Assembly (NCBI GenBank): GCA_903848795.1
Contig: CAINHC010000016.1
Span: forward strand, 1-54,708
Direction: 5' to 3'
Length of the DNA stretch: 54,708 nucleotides
DNA from: an uncultured bacterium
Lineage (GTDB): Bacteria > Patescibacteriota > Minisyncoccia > Phycocordibacterales > CAIZLB01
Part shown: positions 8,391-18,948 of the stretch, in pieces
How the letters are laid out: each line of letters starts with the position of its first letter
Position numbering within the stretch: the first letter of the stretch is position 1
Notes under the pieces: model-generated
The model's input: the letters and a program-made list of their open reading frames with translations, nothing else
What the model was told of the DNA's origin: nothing
The model's database searches: none
Translations under genes and position numbers: made by a program

Positions 8391-10273
8391 ATGAATTCAT
8401 CTAACGTGGATATGGAAAATAAACAGAGTAAGGTTGTTAAAAATTCCAAAAAAACCAAAAAGACACCCGAAAAGAAGGAAAAAGGCGCTTCACTGCTTGT
8501 TAATTTTGGTAGGGTAATGAAACTTGTCTGGGCTTATGACAATATGACAAGAAGTTTTTGCCATTGGAATTTTCCTTAATTATACTTGTGTCAGTCTTGC
8601 CAATTGTCCTCTCTTGGTTTTCTGCCTTATTTGTTAACAAAATAACATCCGGAGAGCTGACGACTATATTTGATCCGGGTCTAATTGGAATTGTCTCTGT
8701 TTATTTAGCTCTCCCTTTGATAATAGAATTGGCTGATGTTTGGTATGAATATTTTGATAATATGTTTTATGTATTTTTTGCACAACATATTAACTTGATG
8801 TTTATTGATAAGAAAAACGAAATTGATGTGCAGACATTCGAAAATCTTGAGTTTAATAATCTTATGCTCAAGGTTAATGAAAATACAAGTAAAATGGTTC
8901 ATTTTTGTGACTACTCATTCTTTTTGGTTGGTAAAATCGCAATACTTTTTTCTGTAGTATTTATTTTGTTTAATTACGAATGGTGGTTTGTTCCAGTTTT
9001 ACTTTTAGCCATTATTCCAAACTTGATTTTGCAAATAAAATTTGGAGAAAGAGTATATGGTATTTGGGACGCCAAGGCTGAGGTTAGACGTAAATATAAT
9101 CTTTTTACGTGGTATTTTTCTGATATTGCATCTTTGACAGAGATAAAAATATTTAAAAATAAAAGTTATTTTAAGAAAAATATCATTGGTTTACTAAATA
9201 TTTTTAATTCTGAGATCAACAATAATGAAAACAGGAGGACAAAATATAGAAATCTGACGACACTGCTTGAGATGGCTGTTGGTGCTGTGATTGTGTTTTA
9301 TTTAATGAATAGTGTTATAGAAAAGACCTTAGCAGTTGGAACATTTATATTCCTTCTGGGTAGAATGAATGATGTCAGAGATTCATTGACTTCTATTTTT
9401 AGAAACTTCTCTGTGCTTATGGGTGACAATAAGTTTATTAGTGATGTCTTTAAATTTTTATCCACCGAAAAGGTCGTTAAAGGAGGAGACAAAATAATAG
9501 AGGAGGGAACCCCTGAAATCGAATTTTCAAATGTATCTTTTGCCTACCCTGATACTAAAAAGAATGTATTAAATGACTTTAATTTTAAAATAAAAGCAGG
9601 GGAAAAGATTGCCATTGTTGGAGTCAATGGAGCTGGAAAGACAACTCTCACAAAATTGATAATGAGATTTTATGATGTAACAAAAGGGTCAATATCGATT
9701 GGAGGGAATAACATAAAAGATATTGATCTGTCTGATTATTATCATAGAGTAGGGCATCTTTCTCAAAACTATGCGCACTATAAATTGCCGGTTAATGAAA
9801 TTATTGCACTTGGAAATACAGAGGTGACACTAGACATTGATAGGGTGATTGAATCCGCCAAAAAATCCGGTGCACATGAGTTTATCTCTGCCTGGGAAAA
9901 GGGGTATGATACTCAGCTTGGAAAAGAATTTGATGATGGAGTCGAACCTTCTGTTGGTCAATGGCAAAAACTTGCGCTCGCTAGAATGTTTTACAAGAAT
10001 CCTCAGATTTGGATATTGGATGAGCCAACAGCTTCGATTGACTCTGTTGCGGAAATGGAAATATTCCAAGAGCTAGAAAATCTACCAGAAGATAAGACTG
10101 TCATACTAATTTCTCACAGATTTAACACGGTTAAAAATGCTAACAGAATAATGGTGATTGAAGATGGGGAAGTGAAGGAATTTGATAGTCATAATAAATT
10201 GATGAAAATTAAAAACGGAATTTATAAGAAATTATTTGAGATGCAAAAGAAGTCTTATGAGACGGTGTCTTAA
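8391..10273 (+). pseudogene. ABC exporter (permease plus ATPase), frameshifted near the 5' end
   Basis: ORFs 8391-8579 and 8558-10273 join in frame if one copy of the TATGACAA tandem (8535-8550) is removed. Walker A GVNGAGKTT, signature PSVGQ, Walker B ILDEPT. Confidence 0.75.
8535..8550 (+). repeat. 8-bp tandem duplication (TATGACAA)x2
   Basis: Read directly from the sequence. Confidence 0.95.
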
Positions 10274-10354
10274 TGTTATAGGGTGTATATTTGTACACAT
10301 ATTCTAGAAAGTTTTTATAGAATTAATTTTCTCGGCGTGATATAATTTACGCAA

Positions 10355-12151
10355 ATGATTATCGATCCTAATCAGCTTAAAAAACTCGTAGTTGATTCTG
10401 GACTTGTCGCAGGTCCGGAGCTTGATGAAATTGAGCAAAAATCAATAAAAGAAAACAGGCCATTGGGAGAGGCTCTGGTTAACAGTGGAAAAATTTCAGC
10501 AGATGACTATAGAAGAATGCAGGCTTATATACTTGGAATTCCCTTTATTGATATAAGTAGTCAGAAACTTGAATTCGATGTTTTGTCTCTAATCCCTGAG
10601 CCTATTGCTAGAAAGCATAATATTATTGCCTTTAGAAAAAGAGACGATTCTCTTGAGGTTGCCATGCTCGATACTGCTGATCTTTCTGCTATTAACTTCG
10701 TTCAAAAGAAAACTGGTCTAAAGATTCTACCAAGGCTCACTACAACAGAATCGATGAAGTCGGCTTTGATTCAATATCAAAAGAGCTTGAAGGCTGATTT
10801 TGGTGACATTATTCAACAAGAGGTTTCTACTTTGAAGGGTAGAAGTAGTGTTGGGATGGCTAATGCTGCGGGTACAATGATCAACGGAGTTGGTACAGTT
10901 GACGATACTAGTGGAGAGGATTTGAGAAAATTAGCAGAGGACTTGCCGGTGGTTCGAATTATCGACACGCTTCTTAAACACGCAATTTTACAGGGCGCAT
11001 CTGACATTCACATTGAACAAATGGAAAATGAAGTTGTTATTCGATATAGAATTGATGGAATGTTGCACGATGCTATGGTTTTACCAAAAAACATTGGTCC
11101 AAGTGTTACTGCGAGAATAAAAGTCTTGGCAAATCTAAAATTGGATGAAAAAAGGCTTCCCCAAGATGGACGTTTCAAGATTGAATCAAATGGGGAGAAC
11201 GTTTCATTTCGTGTCTCTGTTTTGCCAACATACTATGGTGAAAAGACGGTTATGAGACTACTTAGGGAGAATATGACTGGTTTTACGCTAGAGCATTTAG
11301 GTTTCCATGGTCGAAATTTGGAATTAATTCACGAAGCAACTGGATATTCTGAGGGTTTGATACTTACAACTGGACCAACTGGATCCGGAAAGACTACAAC
11401 TCTCTATACGTTGCTTGATATTTTGAATCAACCGGATGTGAATATCTCAACCGTGGAAGACCCAGTCGAATATCAAATGAATAGAGTTAATCAAACTCAG
11501 GTCAAGCCTGATATTGGTCTGACTTTTGCCTCGGGTCTCCGCTCACTTCTCAGACAAGACCCTGACATTATAATGGTTGGAGAAATTCGAGATAATGAAA
11601 CAGCTTCTCTTGCTATAAACGCCTCCCTTACTGGGCACTTGGTTCTTTCAACCCTTCACACCAACTCATCTGCCGGTGCCGTTCCTCGTTTAATTGATAT
11701 GAAGTGTGAGCCGTTTCTTCTGGTTTCCACTATTAGAATAATCATCGCACAGAGACTTGTGCGCGAGTTGGGATCGTCAAAGGAGAGGTATATTTTAACA
11801 AAAGAGCAGCTAGAGTCACTTAGAAAATACACTGACATGGATATGGTACTGAAGTCACTTAAGGACGAACATGTTGTGGCTGATGATTTGGACTGGTCCA
11901 GTATTTATTTTTACAAGCCAGTACCTGATAAGGAGAGTGAGGATGGATATAAGGGTAGAGTTGGAATTCATGAAGTTTTAAAGGTTTCATCATCTATCAA
12001 GGAGATGATTATGAAAGGGGAGGCATCTGATCAAATTCAAGAGCGAGCTCGAAAAGAGGGGATGCTTACAATGTTTGAAGATGGAATATTTAAAGCAGTT
12101 CAAGGTCATACTTCAATTGAAGAGATTTTGAGGGTGGCATCGTCGGAATAG
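10355..12151 (+). CDS. pilB: Type IV pilus / T2SS assembly ATPase (PilB/GspE)
   Basis: ASDIHIE, PQDGRF, TGPTGSGKTTTLY, EDPVEY, LRQDPDIIMVGEIRD and STLHTN motifs. Confidence 0.93.
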   Translation: MIIDPNQLKKLVVDSGLVAGPELDEIEQKSIKENRPLGEALVNSGKISADDYRRMQAYILGIPFIDISSQKLEFDVLSLIPEPIARKHNIIAFRKRDDSLEVAMLDTADLSAINFVQKKTGLKILPRLTTTESMKSALIQYQKSLKADFGDIIQQEVSTLKGRSSVGMANAAGTMINGVGTVDDTSGEDLRKLAEDLPVVRIIDTLLKHAILQGASDIHIEQMENEVVIRYRIDGMLHDAMVLPKNIGPSVTARIKVLANLKLDEKRLPQDGRFKIESNGENVSFRVSVLPTYYGEKTVMRLLRENMTGFTLEHLGFHGRNLELIHEATGYSEGLILTTGPTGSGKTTTLYTLLDILNQPDVNISTVEDPVEYQMNRVNQTQVKPDIGLTFASGLRSLLRQDPDIIMVGEIRDNETASLAINASLTGHLVLSTLHTNSSAGAVPRLIDMKCEPFLLVSTIRIIIAQRLVRELGSSKERYILTKEQLESLRKYTDMDMVLKSLKDEHVVADDLDWSSIYFYKPVPDKESEDGYKGRVGIHEVLKVSSSIKEMIMKGEASDQIQERARKEGMLTMFEDGIFKAVQGHTSIEEILRVASSE

Positions 12152-12230
12152 TCCCCTTTGGGGAGATTGGGGTGAGGGGTAGGAGTGGTAGCAGGTTCAG
12201 TCAGGGGCTTGTGAACAAAATAAAAACAAA

Positions 12231-13439
12231 ATGAAATATTATTTTACAGCTATAAACAAGAATGGGAAAAAATATAACGGTGATATTGAGGCTGCAAGTA
12301 AATCACTGTTCTTTAATGAATTCAAAAAAACAGGTGACACTCTAGTATCTGTAAAAGAAGGGGCTGTTGGAAGAAGCAACAAGGCCGGCTTCAGTCTTTT
12401 TTCTACTGTTAAGACTATTGATAAAATAATTTTTGCTAGAAACATGGCAAATATGATTGAGGCGGGATTGCCATTGTCTCGTGCGCTTGGTGTGTCTGAA
12501 AGGCAGGCTACTAAACCAAAACTAAAAGAGATTTTTAAAAAAATAAATGTTTCTATCTCCAGTGGTAAGACATTTTATGAATCATTGTCAGAGTATCCAA
12601 AGATTTTTCCAACCGTATTTATTTCCATGGTTAAATCAGGTGAGGAGTCTGGAAATTTGGCTCAATCATTGAAGGATATTGCAATTCAAATGGAAAAGAC
12701 TTATCTTTTGCAAAAAAAAATTAAGGGAGCAATGATGTATCCGACGATTATTTTCATTGTGATGATAATCGTGGCATTTTTGATGATGATTTACGTGGTT
12801 CCAAGATTAACTAAGACCTTCAAGGACCTTAAAACTGATTTACCAACAAGTACGAAGTTGATTATCTTTGTTTCCGATTTTCTTGCCCAGAATGCGCTAC
12901 TTTCTTTGGGCGGTTTAATTGCGGTGTTGTTTGGGTTCTTCTATTTTCTAAAAACTTCTTTAGGTAAAAATATAATGGATACTCTGGTTCTTAAAATACC
13001 TGTTATTTCTGGTATAGTGATAGAAAGTAATTCTGCAAGAACAGCAAGGACAATGTCATCTCTTTTGTCTGCTGGTGTTGATATTGTTACAGCTGTTAAA
13101 ATTACTGGAGAGGTTTTACAAAATGGTCATTATAAACGTGTCTTGAAAACATTGGAGGGAGTTGTGGAAAAAGGAGATTCAATGTCTTCTGTGTTTGAAA
13201 AAGAATATAAAATTTATCCGGCCTTTGTAACTGAGATGATTAGCGTGGGGGAGGAAACTGGAAAGCTTGCCGATATGTTGCTTGGAGTTGCAACTTTTTA
13301 TGAAAATGAAGTAGATCAAAAGACAAAAGACCTTTCGACCATTATTGAACCAGTCTTAATGGTCTTTATTGGAGGGGCCGTTGGTTTCTTTGCTGTTTCC
13401 ATGATTACTCCGATGTACTCGGTGATGAATAATATATAA
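12231..13439 (+). CDS. pilC: Type IV pilus platform protein (PilC/GspF)
   Basis: SGEESGNL, KIKGAMMYP, VGEETGKLADML, IIEPVLMVFIG. Confidence 0.93.
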   Translation: MKYYFTAINKNGKKYNGDIEAASKSLFFNEFKKTGDTLVSVKEGAVGRSNKAGFSLFSTVKTIDKIIFARNMANMIEAGLPLSRALGVSERQATKPKLKEIFKKINVSISSGKTFYESLSEYPKIFPTVFISMVKSGEESGNLAQSLKDIAIQMEKTYLLQKKIKGAMMYPTIIFIVMIIVAFLMMIYVVPRLTKTFKDLKTDLPTSTKLIIFVSDFLAQNALLSLGGLIAVLFGFFYFLKTSLGKNIMDTLVLKIPVISGIVIESNSARTARTMSSLLSAGVDIVTAVKITGEVLQNGHYKRVLKTLEGVVEKGDSMSSVFEKEYKIYPAFVTEMISVGEETGKLADMLLGVATFYENEVDQKTKDLSTIIEPVLMVFIGGAVGFFAVSMITPMYSVMNNI

Positions 13440-13442
13440 AAT

Positions 13443-13922
13443 ATGAATATACTAAAAAATAATGCCAGAATTTGTTCCAGTCAAAGAGGTTTTACATTAC
13501 TAGAGGTACTGGTTGTAATGTCTATCATGATTGCCCTTACTTCAATTTCCATAAGTACATATATAAGTATGAGAGACAAGCAGTCTGTCCAAAAAGACGC
13601 CGATTCTATTGTTTCTGTATTACAAAAGGCCCAAAGTATGTCATCTAACAGAAAAAACGATTCCGCCTATGGTGTTAAGTTTGCATCGTCAACTGTAACT
13701 GTATTTTCTGGATCAACGTACGATACTGGTAATGTTATTTCGACATACACTTTGGAAAAGAATGTAAAGATCAATACCATAATCCTTTCTTCTAATGGAA
13801 CAGAAGTTGATTTTATGAAAATTACTGGTAACCCGCTTGCTAATGGAACAGTTACTTTGGGTACAGGATCTTTTTCAAAAATTGTAACAATTTATGGAAC
13901 TGGTATAATTGAACTGAAGTGA
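13443..13922 (+). CDS. Pilin-like protein (FimU/GspH-like)
   Basis: Class III signal RGFTLLEVLVVM. Confidence 0.85.
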   Translation: MNILKNNARICSSQRGFTLLEVLVVMSIMIALTSISISTYISMRDKQSVQKDADSIVSVLQKAQSMSSNRKNDSAYGVKFASSTVTVFSGSTYDTGNVISTYTLEKNVKINTIILSSNGTEVDFMKITGNPLANGTVTLGTGSFSKIVTIYGTGIIELK

Positions 13923-14422
13923 TAAACAAAAATTCTAATAATGTTTTCAAAAAGGGTTTTAGTTTAGTCGAAATACTAGTCGGCGCAAGTATAATTAGCT
14001 TGTCTTTAATTTTTATTATTAATCTAGAGACTGGAATTAGTAAAATAGGTTTTAATTCTGTACATAGCGTGCAGGCAGGAATGCTGGTGGAGGAAGGTGT
14101 GGCTGCAATTATAAACTTAAGAAATGTGTCGTGGCAGAATATTGTGGCTTTAGATAATAATCTTTCATATAGACTATTCTGGGATCAGGGGGATGGCCTT
14201 TGGAAGACCACGACTTATGCTAATTTGATTGATAGTAAATTTGACAGAACCGTAACATTCTATCCAGTTTATCGAGACGCTAGTACTTTTAATGTTGTTA
14301 CGAGCGGAGGAGTGCTTGATTTGGGCACAAGAAAGTTTGTTGTTAGTGTTACTTGGAATGATAGTAATGGAACCTCTACCAAGACTGCGACGTCTTATGT
14401 TCATAATATATTTAATAAATAA
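13919..14422 (+). CDS. Pilin-like protein (PilV-like)
   Basis: KGFSLVEILVG, GTGA start/stop overlap with the previous gene. Confidence 0.85.
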   Translation: MINKNSNNVFKKGFSLVEILVGASIISLSLIFIINLETGISKIGFNSVHSVQAGMLVEEGVAAIINLRNVSWQNIVALDNNLSYRLFWDQGDGLWKTTTYANLIDSKFDRTVTFYPVYRDASTFNVVTSGGVLDLGTRKFVVSVTWNDSNGTSTKTATSYVHNIFNK

Positions 14423-14423
14423 T

Positions 14424-14945
14424 ATGTTTTTAAATCATCAAAAAAAGAAAAACGAAAAAGGATTTTCTTTAGTAGAAACAATTATTTATATAGGCTTAAT
14501 GTCTTTGATTTTATTCTGTTTGATTAGTTTAATTTCTTCTGCCACTCGAACGTATTTGTTTTTAAAGAGTTCTAGAAATATTGAAAGAAGCGCTATTAAT
14601 GTAATGGATAGTTTGAATGACAAAACTAACACGTCTTCTAAGATTGATATTCCAAATACTGTTTTTGATAATGCAACTGGTTCAATATCCTTAATTCTAT
14701 ATAGTGGAAATAACTCAACTACCAATAGAATATATCTATCAAATGGTCAGGTTATGTGGAGTAAAAATGGTGTCTTATTGGGGCCACTTAGCTTATCGGA
14801 CGTCAGAGTAACCAGCCTGACTTTTAGAAACATGACAAATTCAACGTTCAATGGTTTTAAGGTTGAAATGACGATTGACAATGGCACCAGTTCAGAAAAA
14901 TATATTTCAGAAGATTTTTATGATTCATTTATATTGAGAAATTAA
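14424..14945 (+). CDS. Pilin-like protein (PilW-like)
   Basis: KGFSLVETIIY. Start moved from 14292 to the ATG at 14424 to avoid overlap with the upstream pilin. Confidence 0.8.
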   Translation: MFLNHQKKKNEKGFSLVETIIYIGLMSLILFCLISLISSATRTYLFLKSSRNIERSAINVMDSLNDKTNTSSKIDIPNTVFDNATGSISLILYSGNNSTTNRIYLSNGQVMWSKNGVLLGPLSLSDVRVTSLTFRNMTNSTFNGFKVEMTIDNGTSSEKYISEDFYDSFILRN

Positions 14946-14968
14946 TTTACATACCATGTATACTATTT

Positions 14969-16138
14969 ATGAAAATGTTTAACTCTAAATTTAAAAAAGA
15001 AAAAACTGGAATGGGGCGATATTCCAATAGAGAATCTGGTCAGGTAGTTTTGATTGCCGTTATTTTAACCCTCGCCGTTTCCGTTTTAATTCTATTTGGT
15101 CTTTCTCTTCCTGTCGCAGATCAAATTAGAAGTGCCGGGGACTACCTTTCTTCAAAACAAACATTGGTTAACTCAGAATCTTTAAATGGTGAAGTTTTAT
15201 ACAGATTAAATAATAATAAAACCATACCGTCAGTTCTGAATATGTCTATTGTCGGAGATGCGTCATATTCTATAATTGCACAGTGGGATGCTAATGATAA
15301 GCAAGTTACTTCAAACAGTGATTATCGTGGTTTTACAAGAAAAATTCAGGCAATGTTTACAGCCAACAGGACAATAATATTTGATTTTGGAGTTTGGTTA
15401 TCTAATGGTGGAGTTAGAATGGAGAACAGCTCACGTATTGATGGAAATGTTTTTACTATGGGTACGGTTTTGCAATTAAATTCCTCTTCTATTGGTGGAA
15501 TTCTCTCTACTTCGACTACACCGGTCAATTTGCCTATGTCGGATAATGATATTAATAATTGGAAGGCACAAGGTTCATCTGGGAAGGTTGTCAATGGAAA
15601 TTTAACTATAACTAACAGTACAGCAACAACAACCACCGCCGCCCTTAAGGTAGTTGGAAATCTAACTATTACTAATAGTAGTGTGCTGACTCTCAATGGC
15701 CCAGTGTATGTTACTGGAAATTTGGTACTGGACAATTCTGCTGTTATACAACTTAGTCCAAGTTATGCAGAAAAATCCGAAACGGTGGTGGTTGATGGGA
15801 CAATTAACTTAGGTAATAGTACCTTTTTTGGTGGAAGTGGTCAGCCTGGGAGTACTATAATATTAGCAACTCAAAATACTAATGGCTGTGCCAATACCAG
15901 CTGTACTGGTGGTACACCAGCAATTAAATTAACTAATTCAGCTGAGGCTAATGCTATTCTGGTTGCGCCACATGGGGCTGTATATTTATCAAATAGTGCT
16001 GAAACAAAAAGTGTTTTGGCAAATTATTTATATATGTCTAATAGTGCACAAATTCAGTATGACCCAAATATCGTTAATACTAGCTTTAAATCAAGTACAT
16101 CGACATCTTGGAGTATTAGTAGCTTGAAGGAAATCTAG
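14969..16138 (+). CDS. PilX-like minor pilin with repetitive C-terminal domain
   Basis: ESGQVVLIAVIL (no Glu at +5, as typical of PilX/GspK), last gene of the pilin run, GNL.I.NS repeats. Confidence 0.7.
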   Translation: MKMFNSKFKKEKTGMGRYSNRESGQVVLIAVILTLAVSVLILFGLSLPVADQIRSAGDYLSSKQTLVNSESLNGEVLYRLNNNKTIPSVLNMSIVGDASYSIIAQWDANDKQVTSNSDYRGFTRKIQAMFTANRTIIFDFGVWLSNGGVRMENSSRIDGNVFTMGTVLQLNSSSIGGILSTSTTPVNLPMSDNDINNWKAQGSSGKVVNGNLTITNSTATTTTAALKVVGNLTITNSSVLTLNGPVYVTGNLVLDNSAVIQLSPSYAEKSETVVVDGTINLGNSTFFGGSGQPGSTIILATQNTNGCANTSCTGGTPAIKLTNSAEANAILVAPHGAVYLSNSAETKSVLANYLYMSNSAQIQYDPNIVNTSFKSSTSTSWSISSLKEI

Positions 16139-16265
16139 ACCTTGTTCAACCTCTGGATGCGCGATTGACGAATCTGAGCTACGTTTGCTTTTTTTGTAAA
16201 TTACAACACAAAAAAAGTTGAAAATTTGTGACCGACCCCAATTTTTTTTGATATAATTTGAGTAT

Positions 16266-17084
16266 ATGAAACCAAAAAAGATTTTAGTTATCGGTAATTG
16301 GAAGATGACACCAAATACACTGGTAGAGGCAAAGGTAAAAATGGCTGTTATTAAGAGGTTCTCAGATAAGATGCGATTGACCGAGACTATTATTTGTCCA
16401 CCATCGACTTTTATTGTGCCATTGTCTCAAATGGCAGGAGGTGCTAAAGGTAAGGTTAAAATTGGAGCACAGGATATTTCTAAATTTGAATCTGGTGCTC
16501 ATACTGGAGAAATCTCTTCTACTATGTTAAAAAGTTCAGGGGTTTCTTATGTAATTGTTGGACATTCAGAGAGACGAGCTATGGGGGAGGACCCGGCTCT
16601 TATTGCCCAAAAACTCCAAAAGGTTCTAGCGGGAGGAATGACTGGTGTTGTTTGTATTGGTGAAACGGAGAGAGATAACGATGCAGAATATCTTTCTGTT
16701 ATTAAAGCCCAACTGAAGGAGGTTTTGATTTATACATCCCGTCAACAATTTGCTAATTTAGTAATTGCTTATGAGCCACTTTGGGCAGTTAATAATTCTC
16801 GTAATATTGCAATAACTCCACATGAGATTCATCAAATCGTTATTTTGATAAGAAAATATTTGAAAGATAATTGGGGAGAAAGTATCGCAAGTATTGTTAA
16901 GATTGTTTACGGAGGATCTGTTACTCCTGATAATGCACAGGATTTGGTTCACAACGGTGATGTCGACGGGTTGCTTATTGGGCGCGCAAGTTGGCAACCT
17001 GAAGACTTGAAGAGTATTGTCCAATCTTTGAATGTAGTTAAGAAAAAGCCGAGAATAAAGATAAAAAAGAAAGGGAAGAAGTAA
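16266..17084 (+). CDS. tpiA: Triosephosphate isomerase
   Basis: GNWKM, VGHSERR, IAYEPLWA, YGGSV. Confidence 0.96.
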   Translation: MKPKKILVIGNWKMTPNTLVEAKVKMAVIKRFSDKMRLTETIICPPSTFIVPLSQMAGGAKGKVKIGAQDISKFESGAHTGEISSTMLKSSGVSYVIVGHSERRAMGEDPALIAQKLQKVLAGGMTGVVCIGETERDNDAEYLSVIKAQLKEVLIYTSRQQFANLVIAYEPLWAVNNSRNIAITPHEIHQIVILIRKYLKDNWGESIASIVKIVYGGSVTPDNAQDLVHNGDVDGLLIGRASWQPEDLKSIVQSLNVVKKKPRIKIKKKGKK

Positions 17085-17169
17085 TTCGGTCAATAAAGAT
17101 AAATACATACCGAATTTGTTATCGATAATTGATAAATAAAAATATTCAAAAAATAATTTATATAAAAAA

Positions 17170-18351
17170 ATGTCAGAAAATAATCTAAAAATAGTTGGAA
17201 TAGAGGAGTTTGTTAAAGGTGAGACTGTCGGAAGTCTTACAGGCAAAAAGTTTTTAATCAGAGCGGACTTTAATGTTCCGATCGAAAATGGAGTGGTTGT
17301 TGAAGACTTGAGAATGAGATCTATTTTGCCAACAGTGAATCTTTTGCGTGACGCAGGGGCTAGAATAATTTTAATTTCGCACATAGAAACAAAGGATGGA
17401 TCTGGAATGGAGGTTGTGGCAAAACACTTTAATGACAAACTTGGATTGGCTGTTAAATATGTTAATGAGGTTGTTGGCGAGGCTGTTAAGGGGGCAGTAT
17501 CGGACTTACATGATGGAGAAGTTTTACTTTTGCAAAATCTGCGTATAAATGAAGGTGAAAAGAATAATGATGAAAACTTCGCGCGAGAACTTGCAGGGCT
17601 TGCTGATTTTTATGTGAATGATGCATTTGCTGTTTCTCATAGAAAGCACGCATCAGTTGTTGGCGTTCCAAAATTTCTGCCACACTTTGCTGGGATACAA
17701 TTAATGAAGGAAATTAAATCTTTAACGGAAGCTATAAATCCACCACATCCTTTTGTATTTATTTTAGGTGGTGCCAAGTTTGATACGAAGTTACCATTGA
17801 TAAAAAAGTATTTGGATAAGGCAGATTCTGTAATCTTGGGTGGGGCGTTAGTTAATGATGTATATAAAGCTCGTGGATTTAATGTTGGTAGGTCTTTGGT
17901 GTCAGATGGGTCAACGGACATCAGTGATGTTGTTTCTAATCCGAAACTAATTATTGGGGATGATGTGATAGTTCACGATATGGAAGACATTGCAAAAGTG
18001 GCTGTTAAAAAAATATCTGAGGTTGGTGATAATGACGTGATTGCAGACGCCGGACCTTCTTTTGGAGATGTACTTCGACCGATTGTTGCTGATGCTAAAT
18101 TTGTTTTGTGGAATGGACCACTTGGTAACTATGAGAATGGTTTTACTGAGCAAACTATTTCGTGCGCGAAGATTTTGTTGGAGTGTGGAGTGCGGGGTGC
18201 GATAGGAGGAGGTGATACTGTTGCTGCCGTTAAGTCTTTGGGGTTAGATGATTCAGATCAGAAAAGTAATTTGTTCGTTTCAACTGGAGGTGGAGCGATG
18301 ATTGATTTTTTGGTGAATGAGACATTGCCGGGGATAGAAGCATTGGAATAA
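17170..18351 (+). CDS. pgk: Phosphoglycerate kinase
   Basis: RADFNVP, NDAFAVSHRKHAS, LGGAKFDTK, WNGPLG, GGGDT, STGGGA. Confidence 0.96.
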   Translation: MSENNLKIVGIEEFVKGETVGSLTGKKFLIRADFNVPIENGVVVEDLRMRSILPTVNLLRDAGARIILISHIETKDGSGMEVVAKHFNDKLGLAVKYVNEVVGEAVKGAVSDLHDGEVLLLQNLRINEGEKNNDENFARELAGLADFYVNDAFAVSHRKHASVVGVPKFLPHFAGIQLMKEIKSLTEAINPPHPFVFILGGAKFDTKLPLIKKYLDKADSVILGGALVNDVYKARGFNVGRSLVSDGSTDISDVVSNPKLIIGDDVIVHDMEDIAKVAVKKISEVGDNDVIADAGPSFGDVLRPIVADAKFVLWNGPLGNYENGFTEQTISCAKILLECGVRGAIGGGDTVAAVKSLGLDDSDQKSNLFVSTGGGAMIDFLVNETLPGIEALE

Positions 18352-18466
18352 TTTCATGGTCACAAATTTTGACCATGAGCGCGAACGCCGTTAAAATTTG
18401 TAAAATTAAATTGGAAGCCCCAACTAACTTGTGACTCCCAATTTGTTTTTTAGACCTATGTGTTTT

Positions 18467-18934
18467 TTACAACTCCGCCTTTATCTTATCTTGATACACC
18501 TTCATATCTCCTTCCTTGTACTCCTTGTGGGGCCAATGAACTAGGCCGTCGTCATTTAATCTTGGTATAACATGAATGTGGGCATGGTTGACTATTTGTC
18601 CCGCTGCTGGCTCATTATTCATTATAATATTAACACCATCCACATCAGCACCATTTCTGATGGCTGTAGCTATCTTTTGAGTGGTTAGAGTTAGCCTACA
18701 TAGCAATTCTGCTGATACCGTATAGATATTTTCAGTGTGATCTTTTGGAATAACCAGTGTGTGACCGTAATTTGTTGGTGCTATGTCCAAAATGGCTAAA
18801 GTCTCATCGTCCTCATACACTTTGAAAGCTGGAATATCACCAACTATAATCTTACAAAACACGCAGTCTTCATTATGATTGTTATTTGTGTTTTGATTTG
18901 TTCGGTCGTTTGTTTTATCAGTCATGTTAGTCAT
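18467..18934 (-). CDS. HIT family hydrolase
   Basis: DCVFCKI, GHTLVIPK, HAHIHVIPR triad. Confidence 0.92.
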   Translation of the reverse strand: MTNMTDKTNDRTNQNTNNNHNEDCVFCKIIVGDIPAFKVYEDDETLAILDIAPTNYGHTLVIPKDHTENIYTVSAELLCRLTLTTQKIATAIRNGADVDGVNIIMNNEPAAGQIVNHAHIHVIPRLNDDGLVHWPHKEYKEGDMKVYQDKIKAEL

Positions 18935-18948
18935 TTTATGATAGAATC

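Noticed and set aside
12712-12720. A9 homopolymer in pilC as a phase-variation tract
   Set aside because: The gene is in frame and A-runs are common in this AT-rich sequence, so there is no evidence without reads.
16758-17438. 226-aa antisense ORF across tpiA/pgk, and the other short antisense ORFs in the track
   Set aside because: These are shadows of well-supported genes with no recognisable motifs.
16221-18370. 13-bp inverted repeat AAAATTTGTGACC / GGTCACAAATTTT flanking tpiA-pgk
   Set aside because: It does not extend, no target duplication or mobility gene is present, and the right copy is part of a local hairpin. It could be chance or a repeat remnant.
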